From the human T2T-CHM13v2.0 reference genome, Homo sapiens: 64,000 nt of DNA. The position numbers and the translations under genes are program-made. The stretch lies in NCBI RefSeq assembly GCF_009914755.1, contig NC_060926.1; one strand, 5' to 3'. This document shows, piece by piece, positions 43,696 through 55,629 of this stretch (positions are counted from its first letter, which is position 1; every line of letters starts with the position of its first letter). The notes beneath the pieces are model-generated. The model saw only the letters and a program-made list of their open reading frames with translations. It was not told where the DNA came from and did not search any database.

Positions 43696-44096
43696 TTTCA
43701 TGTGAGTCCGTGTGAAGAGACCACCAAACAGGCTTTGTGTGAGCAATAAAGCTGTTTATTTCACCTGGGTGCAGGGGGGCTGAGTCTGAAAAGAGAGTCA
43801 GTGAAGGGAGATAGAGGTGGGGCCGTTTTATAAGATTTGGGTAGGTAAAGGAAAATTACAGTCAAAGGGGGGTTCTCTGGCGGGCAGGAGTGGGGGCCAC
43901 AAGGTGCTCAGTAGGGGAGCTTTTGAGCCAGGATGAGCCAGGAGAAGGAATTTCACAAGGAGTTAAGGCAGGAACAGGCCATTTTCATTTCTTTTGTAGT
44001 GGAATGTCATCAGTTAAGGCAGGAACCAGTCATCTGGATGTGTACGTGCAGGTCACAGGGAATATGATGGCTTAGCTTGGGCTCAGAGGCCTGACA
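43696..44096 (-). promoter_or_regulatory. LTR7, 5' LTR (401 bp), promoter pointing to lower coordinates
   Basis: LTR7 sequence with TATA-like TTATAAAA and ACAAAAGA (43990-43997). Confidence 0.93.
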
Positions 44097-44698
44097 AAAG
44101 TAAAACAAGGATTCTAGAGGAAATCAAAGCCTATGACACCTACAGCTACACAAATTGAAAATATAGCCTGACTTAGCCAGATAAACACAAAACCTCATTC
44201 TAACATCCTATCTACCCAATTCCTATTTTCTCTCTCCCAGGTCTAGACACTAAACTTCTTGAGGGCAAACATTGTTGTTTACTTCTTTAACTAGCTTGTG
44301 ACACCACATAGCAGGTACGGAGCACATGCTTAAAATATTTGATGAAAGGAGGAAAAAGGAGGTTGTTAATTGAATGAACATCTACATAATAAAATAAAAA
44401 CCTATTTCTTCCATGATTCAGGCAATTCACTTAAAGTGTTGCAATCCCACAAAAGCCTCCCATGCTTCCTCCATTTTAGAAATAAAAAACTTGAAGCTTA
44501 CAGAACATCAGGTATAAGCCTAGAAATTGGTAAGGCTCTGATCCCAGCCAAGCCCACCTCTCCCACAGAGCAGGCTGCCTGCTGCATCTAGGGCTTCCAT
44601 CACCCTGCCCAAAGGCAGGAAGTGGAGAGACAGAAGCACAGGGGTCCAGTAGAGTCTGAGCTTCCTTTCCTAAGCCAGGCACCAGAATCTTCATGAAC

Positions 44699-44700
<2 letters not shown>

Positions 44701-44741
<41 letters not shown>

Positions 44742-44870
44742 TTTTTTTTTTTTTAGAGACAGGATCTTGCTACATTGCCCAGGCTGGTCGTGAACTCCTG
44801 GCCTCAAGCAGTCCTCCTGCCTCAGCCTCCCAAAGAGCTGGGATTATAGGCGTGAGCCACTGCACACAGC
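44701..44870 (-). mobile_element. FLAM_C monomer with poly-T and adjacent (TG)n
   Basis: agagacaggatcttgctacattgcccaggctggtc. Confidence 0.88.
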
Positions 44871-45289
44871 TTCCTTCATTTCTGTAAGTGTCAGTGAAAA
44901 AAGAATGTTTGTGAGTTAAGGAGTAGCAGTAGGGACTCGGAAGAGACTCTCATTTAGGACAGTTTTGACAATATAAGTGTTGCCAGTTTGCTTCCTAATG
45001 TTTGCATGGAGAATGGAACACTGGGTTCAGGTATTAAACTACTGTAGCACTATAGGGAGGATCAGAGACCACCATCGCAGGCCTGAGCAACATGGTACAA
45101 ATCACGGATCTTGGAAACTGCGTTGGTGATAATAATTATGCATAATTATGAGTGTATTCTGCTTTAAAGTTTTTCAAAAAGTGAATTACCAGAATCTTTC
45201 AGACATTGTGTAACTTTTTGCTAAAGTTCAAAAACTTATACTGTTTTTATGGCAATTTTTGATTGATACTTGTTTTCTAATCTTGGGAG

Positions 45290-45660
45290 AAAAATGGAAA
45301 ATAAAGGAAAGTTCTAAAAGGAAAATAAAATCCTCCATAATTTTACCACTCATAGTTAATCTCTGGTAATATTATGATGTCTTTCTTTCTATGCAAGGGT
45401 GTGTGTATGTATGTATAGTACAAAATTGCCACATTTTGAATGATATATTTCATATTTGTATTTATACATATGTAAACGCCTTTACTTCCTCCTATTTTTT
45501 CCCTAAAATTGTACCATGAGCATCCTTCACATTCTAAGAAAACATTATTCTTAATGGCTATGTAATATTTCATTATATCATTTATATCACAATTTAGATG
45601 ACCAATATTCTGTTGCTGAACATTTAAATGTTTCCATTTGTTCAGTGTTATAAATTATAG
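45290..45660 (-). mobile_element. Old L1ME 3' fragment
   Basis: cattattcttaatggctatgtaatatttcatt motif. Confidence 0.6.
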
Positions 45661-45729
45661 AAAGAATCAGAATCAGCACTTTCTAAAGCCTCCACTCTTT
45701 TTAAATGGGAAAACAATCTAATTTAAAAC

Positions 45730-45905
45730 TTTGTGAAAATGGAAATGTTTTATTTCGCACCGTCCTATAGAGTAGCCACTGCCCTCATGTGACTATTGAG
45801 TTCTTGATATGTGGCTGGTGCAACTGAGGAATTAATTCTTTTTATTTTACCTTAGTTTAATAAATTTAAATTTAAATAGCCATATGTGGCTAGTGACTAC
45901 TTTAT
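45730..45905. mobile_element. MER3 (hAT), truncated
   Basis: gtagccact...atgtggctggtgcaactgaggaattaatt...aatagccatatgtggctagtg. Confidence 0.8.
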
Positions 45906-46541
45906 TTGTTAAACTTGTGAGGTTAAGGTCACTTTAAGGATCTGCTTGTACGCAGGAATACCGCCATCTTGTGGCCTGTTAGAATATGGCCTCGAAAATT
46001 GAAACCAAAGTGCATTTACACCTGCAAGCACCCTGGAAGTGGTAAATCCATGATATTCGTGGATCATAAAAGCTCAATTCGTAGCTTATATAAAGTATCT
46101 GCAAGCTTAAAGATTGCAGTTGCTAAAACACACCATGGAACAGGGCAAATGAATTTGCAGAGGAGAAACAGTGAGTGCCTGGGCTAACTCTGAGAATAAG
46201 TGTGTCTTTGCCATTTGGGATAGAGACATCCTTTTGGTGACCCTTTCGTGAACAGCAAGAATCTCTAGGACCTTTTGGCACCTGAAATTCATCCTTTCTT
46301 CCTTTGTTCTGCTATTCGAAAGCGCTCTTTGCTTTAAAGTGCTACAGATACTCGTATCCTCCTAGGAGTTTTCCTATTCATCTTCACATATGTCTATTGA
46401 TATTGCCTGCTCTGCAGATTCACTCTGCATTTTTGTTAGAGTTTTGTTGTAAATTCTAGTATATTTTGCACTTTCTTTGACTGATTCAACTCTTAATCAG
46501 CGCTTCCCCCAAATCTAACCCACAATTCTCAAAATTGGCCG

Positions 46542-46575
<34 letters not shown>

Positions 46576-47530
46576 TGTGTGTGTGTGTGTATATATATGT
46601 AAATGTATATTGAATAGATGAGTTCTGAGTGATTCAAAGGGTGGGAAAATTAAGATCTCTTATTCCAACTAAGTTTGGAACTAATTAAGAGATTGCTAAT
46701 GGTGGAAGGCAGATGAAGACAAAAACATCCACTTTATTACTGGCAGAACTGTTTACAAGTGTGGCTTTGTGGTGCAGGAATGATAGAAATTCTAACACTG
46801 AATCCCAGAAGTAGACTTTCTACCACCTCAACGAGCAGCTCCAGGAAGCCTCAGGCCTCCTCTGGGGTGGGTCCCTGTAAGAATTACAGGCCACAGAGAC
46901 AGGCCACAGGAGTGCATGTTGTGGGCAGGTGGCCCAAGTGAGAAGGGCCAGATGGAGGAGGCAAGGAGGGCGATACAAGATTGTTTAGAGTAAGCAGATG
47001 GGCATTGTACATTCTCTACATGACAAGGTATTCTACTTTGGTAGAAAACCTTAAAGGTTGGCCAGATTGTCTAGGGAAAAATCTCTCCTCATAGAAACTG
47101 GGAAATTGAAAAAAAGTATCCACCCTCATAGAAATCAATAAGTTATATTCTAGCATGACCTTAGCCAAATTTTTAACTGTTTCACCAAATAATTAAAGCT
47201 TCACCTGAGAGCTGTAGGAAAGATAAACAGGTATGTATTTATCTTTGTACAACTCTGCACACATTGTTAATCTTTCTCAATCGGAAGGGATCATAGATTA
47301 GGTGATAATAATAAATACTGAGAAATAAACAAGCAATAAACATTGAGATTGAACTCATGTTTCTCAAAATGCTGCTTCAGTGTGTTGGGAGACTTTGTTA
47401 ACTCAGCAGTGACTTCTAGTGCAAAAACATTATCTTATAAAATTTCTAGAAAGCAAGTCAATTACGAAATAAAGGAACAAATTCAATAATTTTATTACAG
47501 CAATAATAATAAGCTAAAAAAAATCTCAAA

Positions 47531-47836
47531 TTTGTTTTGTTTTTGTTGTTGTTTTGACACAAGGTGTTGCTGTGTTGCCCAGGCTGGAATGCAGTGGCAC
47601 AAACACTGCTCACTGCTGCAGCCTCAAGCTCCTGGGCTCTGGCGATCTTCCTGCCTCAGCCAAGTAGCTGGAACTACAGACCTGTACCTCCATGCCTTCC
47701 TAAATTATTTTTGTTTTGTTTTGCAGAGATGGAGCCTTGCTATGTTTCCCAGACTTGTCTCAAACTTCTGGCCTCAATCCTCCCTCCTCGACTTCCCAAA
47801 GTCCTGGGATTACAGGCATGAGCCACTGCAGCTGGC
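47531..47836 (-). mobile_element. AluJ
   Basis: Diverged dimeric Alu: gctcactgctgcagcctcaagctcctgggctc. Confidence 0.88.
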
Positions 47837-48227
47837 AAAAATATAAATTTCTAACTGTAGGAATTCACTCTAAGGGTATACTTGCAGTTGTACTTAACAG
47901 TTTATTATGGTGATATTTATCACAGAAATGTTTATAATCATCCTCATAAAATGATAGCCTTAGGAGATCTTTTTAATGTGCTAGCTTGGCAAATTTTTTT
48001 TTTTTAAAAAACTGACAAGTCTGTATTGTCTCCAGTAGCAAAGACTCACTAGCCCATGAAACAATAAGTCTAAGAATAAATTTATTAGATCTATTAATAT
48101 ATCCCTCTAAGACTTGGTATTAGAGATAAAAGTTTGTATCTATATGGCTTATAGGCAACCCAGTCACAGATAATCTTCTCTAGTGAGAAAAGGTGCCAGG
48201 AAATTCACTTTGATTTGAGTCATTGAA

Positions 48228-48760
48228 TGTGAGAACCTCTCTACCACCAGCCCAGGAGGGTACCTGAGGACACTTGTGGTCATGGAAGATAACGGCTCTC
48301 AGAAGTGTAGAGGGTATAGGCTGTGTGGCTATATAGTACTACTACTCAAAGAAAGGATTTAATGAGGCCTTTTCTGTGTCCAGAGATTAAATGAAAAAGC
48401 TGCCCAGCCCCTGGCATGGATCTCTGGGAAGAGATGGAAATGGTGCCCCATTCCAGGAGAGAGTTCTCAGAACTGGCTGTGTTCAGAGAGCCCCGTAATT
48501 GGGAGTCAAAGCATGCTGCTTCTCTGATTAGACCCAGCACCAGGACCAGGATTATAACACAAATGCCTCGAGACACCAGGCAGGCGATATAAAGGCTTCT
48601 ATGAGGCTGTGTGTAAAACACAGACATTAATATTAGCCATGAAATGTGTGTTGTCAAATAAACCACTACTGAGGGTCAGATTTGGCACACAGGTGGCCAG
48701 TTTATGACCCTTGACTGAGGGAATGAGTTCATCCTTCTTCTGTAGGAATCCTTCTGCAGG
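48228..48760 (+). mobile_element. Old ERVL-type LTR (unassigned)
   Basis: TG start, gatataaagg and aataaacc LTR-like signals. Confidence 0.3.
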
Positions 48761-49096
48761 AATCTGGTTCAGACAGGCGCTCTACCCAGGGTACACAGGG
48801 CTGCTGCTGTGTGGTGCAGGGCCAGTGTCAATATCAGCAGTGGTGCCACGTGGCAGTGAGGAGCAGGAGCGAGCTGACCCATCCAGCTTTCTACAGATAC
48901 TGGATCTTCTGTTGATAGCACAGGTGGGGGACCTGAGAAGTTAACCAGGAAAATATTACATAGATCAATACTTGCACATACCTCTAGTTGGAACATTCAC
49001 ATCAGTTTCAAGGGTAACTTTCTCCCTCCCTCCTTCCTCCTCCTGCCTTCTTTTCTTCCTGTCTTCCTTTATTCTCTCTCTCTCTCTCTCTGTTCT

Positions 49097-49788
49097 TATT
49101 ATGGATTGAATATTTATGTCCCTCCTATAATTCATAAGTTGACATCTTAGTTCCCAATGTGATGGCATTAGGAGGTGGGCCCTTTGGGAGGTGATTAGAT
49201 CAGAAGGGTGGAGCTCTCATGAATGGCATTAGCGCCCTTATGAAAGAGGCCCCAGACCAAACACAGTGGCTCTCATCTGTAATCCCAGAACTTTGGAAGG
49301 ACAAGGTGAAAGAATTGCTGAGTCCAGTGTTTGAGGCCAGCCTTGGAAACATAGAGATACCCTGTCTGTAAAAAAAGTTAAAAAAAAAAATTAGCCAGGC
49401 ATAGTGCAAGTGGTGGAGCACATTTATAGTCCCAGCTACTCGAGAGTCTGAGGCAAGAGAACTGCTTGAGCCCAGGAGTTTTAGGTTACAGTGAGCTATG
49501 TTCGTGCCACTGCACTCCAGCCTGGGCAACCGAGTGAGATCCCATCTCTAAAATAAATGAATAAATAATACAAGAGGACCCAGAGAGCTCTCTGTCTACT
49601 ATATTAAGTCACAACAAGCAGTTAGCAGTCTACATACAACCCAGAAAAGGGTCCTCACCAAAATCCAACAATGCTGGCACCCTCATCTCAAACTTCCAGC
49701 CTGCAAAATTGTGAGAAATAAATTTTTATTGTTTATAAGCCACCCAGTCTATGTTACTTTGTTATGACATCCTGGGGGGACTCAGACA
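49097..49788 (+). mobile_element. MLT1A0 LTR split by AluJ
   Basis: ggaggtgggccctttgggaggtgattag; aataaatttttattgtttataagccacccagtc. Confidence 0.88.
49255..49571 (+). mobile_element. AluJ
   Basis: gcttgagcccaggag, gtgagctatg; TSD AAGAGG(C/A)CCCA. Confidence 0.9.
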
Positions 49789-49844
49789 GTTCTTCTTCCA
49801 TCTTCAGTTTATGAATTATCTTAGGGTACATTGTGAACTCTTCC

Positions 49845-50209
49845 TTCTCAGAATTGATCTTTAGCAGAGTGGAGACCATGTTTTCCCAGTTAGACGAAGT
49901 AGTTACTGAGCATAGTTCAATTTCTCTCATCAGTCTATTTTCAGTAGGCACATGCTATCAGTCACCCATCAGTAAGACAGCACTCCAGGGATAGAAATCT
50001 TTCTGCTAATTGCCCCTATATCCATCAATTGTTTCTCTCTTTTCTATTTCCATTCTCCTATTTTCCCACACCCAGAAAAATATAAATGCAACATTATTGA
50101 CTGGTGAATGACATAAGCTGACAGTTGGTGGCACTGCTTCTCAACCAAAATCCCTAATGCATAAGCATAGGAAAATATATCTATCTCCTTATTTACCACA
50201 ATAAATGGT
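49845..50209 (-). pseudogene. Decayed butyrophilin/B7-like IgV remnant
   Basis: PFIVV...FG*EAVP / CHQLS...FFWVW...ETIDGYRGN*...SAVLL...TDERN* / LCSVTTS...TLLKI. Confidence 0.45.
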
Positions 50210-50224
50210 CTAAGCTCCAAGACA

Positions 50225-50385
50225 TGAGAATTGTTAGGAGAACAGATTTCTGGACTCAACCCCTTAGAGATTAATAGAGGCTTCTTGCAATCTGCAGATT
50301 TAATTAATATTCCAAATGATTCTAATTCAGGTGGCCCATGAATTACAGGAACATAATTTTGAAGTGAAGACAGAAGAGTGGGACA
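50225..50385. mobile_element. MER5A
   Basis: cagatttctggactcaacccc; ttccaaatgattctaattca. Confidence 0.6.
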
Positions 50386-50719
50386 GACTTTGAAATCAGT
50401 AATAGGTTGAGATAAAAGCATTCTTCCGTTGTACATTTCTGATCTGAAAGTTTTGCCAAAGTCTTCAATGACAATTGCACTTCTATCAATTTCTTTTCAA
50501 ATTTCTAATAGCTTTTAAGACATACAAATATAAATATATGTATATGTATTTGTGTGTGTATATCTGCTGGTGCATAAAGGGTTATGTCTGTTGATTGTCA
50601 GAACAGCCTCAAATATTTTAATGATTCCTTTCCCATTAATGAGTAAGATCAAAATGAATCTGTTAATTTTACCAAACCAATGAATCACCAAGATGTTTGT
50701 ATATGTGTGTATTAACATT

Positions 50720-51740
50720 ATTTTCAACGCTTTATCTTGACATTTCAATCATATTGAAAACTGAAGGAATTTTACCATGAACATTCAAATATCTATCACC
50801 CAGGTTCCACAATTAAGTTTACTCTCTTTGATTTATCAGTTACCTATATACCTGTGCATCACTCTATTATCCATCAACCCATCTTAGTTTTTGATAAATT
50901 TCAATGTAAGTTGCAGACATATATACAAATATTTTACTATGCATCTTATTAACTAAATTTCAATATTCATTATTTTATGTAAAACTTACATGCAATGACA
51001 TGCATGCATGCATGGTTTGGATATCATTCAATGAGTTCACACAAACATATACACCTGTGCAAGCCAAATCCTTGTCAAGATACAGAATATTACTGTCAAC
51101 CCAACGAGTCTCCTCATATGCTTTTTCAATAGCTCTCCACCACCATCTCCCAGAGCCAATCATTATTATAATTATTTTTAATAAATTATAAATATTTAAA
51201 TAAATATTTATAAATTAAGTTTGACTGTTCTCGGGCTGTATATATATGGACTTATATATTAAGCTTTATATATATATGGACTCATATATTTTTAATCACA
51301 TAAGGTTTTCAAGACACATCCATGTGGTTGTGTATTTAAGTATTTTTTTTCTTTCTTATTGTTGGATAATATGACAGTCTACAAATATACTCCAGTTTGT
51401 TTATCTATTATATGTGGTGAATAACCAAGCTGTTTCTGGTTTTTGACTACTATGAGTAAAACTGCTATAAGCATTCGGCCACAGGTCTTTTTGCGGATAT
51501 ATATTTTTATTTGTCTTGAGTAAATATCTAGTAGTGGAACTGCTAGGTCACAAAATAGATGTGTTTTTAGTTTTATTTAAAAATGTCAGAAATTTTCATG
51601 AAACAGGGGCATCATTTTAACTATTTTGCAGTCGCACTGACAATATGTTCTAGTTTCAGTTGCTCCATGTCCTTGCTAACCTTTAGTATTATCAGTCATT
51701 TTAATTTTAGCCTAAGCTATGTATACAGTAGTATCTGGGA
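50720..51740 (-). mobile_element. Old L1 (L1MB/MC) 3' fragments
   Basis: aagttgcagacat; ctagtagtggaactgctaggtca motifs. Confidence 0.7.
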
Positions 51741-52439
51741 TTTTAAGGAACCTAATTGTCAGCTTGTCTTTGAATTAATCTTGTCACTTGTTTTTATATT
51801 CAGAGCCATTAGTATATAACATCTAAAAATATGCTTGAGTGTTTACTCTCATCTGTAGAATTACTAGGAGATGTGTGAAAGGTGAGAGAAAAAGAAAAAT
51901 GGCCCCTGTCTTTTAGGAGTTTATGTTCTTAACATTTACAATAGGAGGCAATTAAATATAAGGCCCATGTGGCTACACCTGACTCAAGGTACTGAAAGAT
52001 TTGAATGAAGTTGATCATTACCAAAAGTCAACTGCTAGGGACATCTTTAAGCTGGAGTTTGACAAATGAGTAATATTTGAGTTATAGAATAAAGTGAGGA
52101 ATGAGATTGGTTTCCACTGGGAAAATAGCCAGAATGAGGTACTATGTGCAGAACAAGCAGAAAGTATAAACAAGCAATGAAAATGCTCCTGCAAACCTAT
52201 GTGCGGCTTTTTGCAACATTTGTTAAGGCTTTTATTGAATAAGCCTTTTATATGGAATGTAACAACACCATTAGATCTCATGATGACATTTGTTGTGTGG
52301 CTGTTTTGTTTTGTTTTGCTACCTCTTTAAAATTAATGTCTCATTTTAAATCTTATACCACAAAATTTAAACCAACATCTCTGTCTACTAGTTGAGGACT
52401 TGCCCTATGTGAGAAATCAACTGAGTGCCAAAGTCTTAC

Positions 52440-53709
52440 TCATGTTTTCTTTTATTTTGGACTTTGAAGCACCCTGGATAGCTCTCTACACATGTGGAGC
52501 CAGCATTCTAAGAAGAGTCTAATTTCATCTTTATTCTTTCAAAAACGAGCCTGAAACGAAACTTTATCTCCATCAACTTGCAAGCTATTTTTCCTTGAAA
52601 GATTATATGATGTACTCATGAAAAATAAACTTCACTGTCCGTCACACACAACTGAATTTATAGATCTGCCTCTTGAGCAAGTTAATTAGACTCTCTAAAC
52701 CTTGACTTTCTCATCTATAAAACTGGAATAGCAATAGAGCCCACCCCATAGAGATTTTGAGAGTATTGCACAAGGTCGTGTATGTAAAGTGCTTAGCACA
52801 GTCCCTGGCTCATAATTAGTGCTCAGTTAATGTCAGTTATTTTTTGTGGCCACGTTTGCCAGTTTCACCTGATCCCTCACTCTGTTGTTTCCAGATCACA
52901 GGTATTAAAAGTATCAGATATTCGAGCAGATATAGGGAGCATAGCGGACGTTGTGTTCAGGTGCCAGAATTTGCCGATTTTTAAAATATCATTAAATGCA
53001 CCTCAATCAATATATTTCTTATTATTTCCCTTTTTAAAAACAATAGTCCATTTATTCTTTGGAATCTTTTACCATGAAGTAAATGAACAAATCCAAATTG
53101 CCCTATTACCAGGCTGAAATATGTTTAAAATCCATACCTGAAAGAAGATTGAATGTGAAAATGTGAAATATTGCACCAGGGGATTCTAGGGTCATATGAT
53201 GATGGTGGCAGAGCTCATGGGGATGTTTCTGAGATACAGGTAACTTCATCTTAGCAACAGGCTCTTGTGCAACATGAATTTGTATCCCAAGGCGCTGCCA
53301 TGAACTTTGTTTTAGTAGTTGCAAAACCATTCAGCTGCTCAGATGGAGAGCTCTGAGGGACTCTGGGACAAATTTCCTCCAAAAAAAAAATCAAGCCTCC
53401 AGCTTTTAGCACACTGCCAGGAGTTGCTGAAAAGTTCTATGTTAAAAATGAAAATATACCTGGGAGGGTTATCACATTCAGCAGTCTCTTGAGCCCTTCA
53501 TACCTCAGAGTAAACTTATTAATCAGCTGGATTTTCCCTTGAATTTAAGTTCATGCTCTTGACAGGGATTGGAAAAAAAGGAAAGGTAACTCCTCCAGGT
53601 TTGTCCAGACAGGACAAACGAGTTTTAATCTGGGCATGCAAACATCATGGGTCAACGTATGCAATGAACCCAGGGGTAGGACTAGAAGGCAGAAGTAATA
53701 AATTTACAT
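52440..53709 (-). pseudogene. Decayed signal peptide + leucine-rich-repeat exon (LRRNT, LRRs, LRRCT), MIR inserted
   Basis: M*IYYFCLLVLPLGSLH..VCMPRLKLVCPVWTNLEELP; PESLRALHLSS; YLYLRN; LFLK/GNNKKYID*GAFNDIL; RQILAPEHN; VVCDG. Confidence 0.55.
52660..52845 (+). mobile_element. MIR
   Basis: ctttctcatctataaaactggaata...atgtaaagtgcttagcacagtccctggc. Confidence 0.85.
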
Positions 53710-53898
53710 TTATTCCATCATTTGATGTCTGTGGAGAATTGGCAAGCCTTCTAATTTTTGGAACATGTATGCCATTATCTATGCAATGGCGATATTCATT
53801 TCTATTCTAACTAGTATTTACAATGTTAGTGAGAATTGAATGAGATAATATGCGTGAAAGCCCTCTGGATGAAAAATAAAATAAAATAAACAATGTTA

Positions 53899-54141
53899 CA
53901 AGCATACCTCAGAGATACTGCAAGTTTGATTCCAGACAACCACAATAAAACACATATCAAAGTAAAGTGAGTCACACAATTTTTGGTTTCCCAGTGCATA
54001 TAAAAGTTAATGTTTACACTATATCATAGTTTATTAAGTGTGAAATAGCATTATGTCTAAAATAATACATATTTTAATTAAAATACTCTATTGCTAAAAA
54101 TGCTAATGATCATCTGAGTCTTCAGTGAGTCATAATCTTTT
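53899..54141 (-). mobile_element. Tigger1 terminal segment
   Basis: TA|caagcatacctcagagatactgc...ccagacaaccacaataaa TIR end. Confidence 0.9.
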
Positions 54142-55629
54142 TTTAAAATTTCAACTTTTATTATAGATTAAAGGGTACACACGCAGATTTGTTACATGGG
54201 TAAATTACATGATACTGAGGTTTGGGGTCCCAAAGATCTTACCACCCAGGCCATAAGCATAGTACCCACCAAGTGGTTCTTCAACCCACGGCCCTCCCCT
54301 TTCTAGTGATCCCTAGTATCTATTGTTCCTATCGTTACAATCACGTACATTCAATGTTTAACTCCCACTTATATGTGAGAACATGCTGTATTTTGTTTTC
54401 TGTTTTTGAGTTAGATTGTTTAGGCTAATGGCCTCCAACTCCATCCATGATGCTGCAAAGGGCATGATTTTGTTCTTTTTTATCGCTGTATTGTATTACA
54501 CGGTTTATAAGTACCAAGTACCACATTTTATTTATCCAGTCCACTATTGATGGGCACTTAGATTGTATGTCCTTGCTATTGTGAATAGTGCTGCAGTGAA
54601 CATATGGGTGCATGGGACTTTATGACAGGATGAATTATTTTCCTTTGGTATATCCTAGTAGTGGAATTGCTGGGTGGAATGGTAGTTCTCTTTTAAGTTC
54701 TTTGAGAAATCTCAAAACTGCTTTCCACAATGGCTCAACTAGTTTGCATTCCCACCAACAGTGTAAACGCATTCCCTTCTCTCCGCAGCCTTGCCAACAC
54801 GTGTTGTTTTTGACTTTTTAATAATTGCCATTCTGACTGGTGTAAGATGCTATTTCATTGTGGTTTTTATTTGCATTTGTCTGTTGACGAGTGATGCTGA
54901 GCATTTTTTCATATGTTTCTTGGCCACTTGTGTATCTTCTTTTGAGAAATGTCAGTTCATGTCCTTTAGCTCATTTTTAAATTGGATTATTTGTTTTTGC
55001 TTCGTGATTTAAGTTCCTTGTAGATTCTGGATATTAGACTTTTGTCACATGCATAGTTTGCAAATATTTTCTCCCATTCTGCAGGCTGTCTGTTTACTCT
55101 GTTGATGCTTTTTTTTTTGCTGGGCAGAAGCTCTTTAGTTGAATTAGGTTCCACTTATCAATTTTCATTTTTGTTACAATTGCTTTTGAGGACTTAGCCA
55201 TAAATTCTTTGACAAAACAAATGTAAAGAAGGGTATCTCCTAGGTTTCCTTCTAGGATTTTTTTATAGTTTAGGGGGTATTACATTTACATTTTTCATTC
55301 ATCTTGAGTTAATTTTCATACATGGTAAGAGGTAAAGGTCCAGTTTTATTCTTCTGTATATGGCTAGCCAGTTATCTTAGCACCATTTATGGAATAAAGA
55401 GTCCTTTTCCCATTGCTTATTTTTGTTAATTTTGTCAAAGGTCAAAAGTATGTAGTCATGTGTTTATTTCTGGGCTCTCTATTCTGTTCCATTGGTCTAC
55501 GTGTCTGTTTTTGTATCTGTACCATGCTCCTTGAGTACTGTAAACTTATAGTATAATTTGAAGTTGGGCAATGTGATTGATGCCTCTGGCTTTTTACTTT
55601 TTGCTTGGAATGGCTTTAGCTATTTAGGC

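Larger units (their letters stand above)
37733..44096 (-). mobile_element. HERV-H provirus (common internally deleted form), 6.36 kb, inserted in an old L1M fragment
   Basis: Two LTR7 copies, tRNA-His PBS, polypurine tract, gag zinc-knuckle and protease remnants; 5-bp TSD AAACT (37728-37732) / AAAGT (44097-44101). Confidence 0.97.

Noticed and set aside
51173-51290. AT-rich quasi-palindrome and 22-bp duplication
   Set aside because: Low-complexity slippage inside an old L1.
52440-53709. Naming the LRR remnant as the nephrocan pseudogene, or the Ig remnants as HHLA2 or BTNL2
   Set aside because: Only generic motif resemblance; the decay is far greater than expected and the architecture differs, so no symbol is assigned.
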